DNA of 20,000 bases from the NCBI GenBank assembly GCA_039621445.1, contig CP154954.1, positions 42,206,247-42,226,246 on the forward strand. The letters run 5' to 3'. The stretch comes from Euglena gracilis (lineage: Eukaryota). Positions within the stretch are counted from its first letter, which is position 1. Each line of letters begins with the position of its first letter. Under the pieces are notes generated by a model. The model did not search any database. It had not been told where the DNA came from and was given only the letters and a program-made list of their open reading frames with translations. Shown here piece after piece: positions 19,817 to 20,000 of this stretch. A program made the position numbers and the translations under genes.

Positions 19817-20000
19817 CAGGGAGGCAGTGTGCACAACAGACCCAACGAGTCCGCTCGGCCAAAGAATTATTTCTTCGGTTTGTTTTCTCTTCTATGGCTG
19901 CATTGTCGTTGTTTTGCTGCTACCTTGGCCCCTAATGCGACGACCCCCCATTTAACGACAGCACCAGACGAGGGCAACGCAGGAATCAGGCTGGTGCGTT

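Noticed and set aside
17839-19855. Nonconventional intron joining ACTCGCTGG with CCAACGAGT
   Set aside because: The downstream sequence is T-rich, unlike the other exons, and the next base is not a purine.
19084-19935. MQKNAKKC / CIFLHFF repeat ORFs
   Set aside because: Translations of the T(n)GCA arrays inside the MITE.

Overview
Eukaryotic DNA, most likely from a euglenid (Euglena-like; inferred from intron type). Positions ~823-11758 (+) hold the 3' part of one gene that I reconstruct by hand as 13 exons: the end of a Cache-like sensor domain, one transmembrane helix, a class III nucleotide cyclase domain and a short tail ending at TGA 11756-11758. Eleven of the 12 introns lack GT-AG ends. 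They start with a purine and their termini base-pair, nearly always with intron base +4 opposite -6, as in euglenid nonconventional introns. One intron (7017-7279) is GT-AG. The cyclase keeps both metal-binding Asp but has lost the transition-state Asn/Arg, so it looks like a C1-type half-enzyme. Introns and intergenic DNA carry CAGGG-ended MITEs with target-site duplications (TSDs), a short dispersed repeat, a palindromic 30-bp minisatellite, telomere-like inverted blocks and microsatellites. A second gene probably starts at 17713. Region 11.8-17.4 kb is unresolved. The most interesting idea: the 3 nt + 5 nt left outside the intron stem sum to 8, the hAT TSD length, which would link these introns to MITEs. 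All splice junctions are predictions with no cDNA support.
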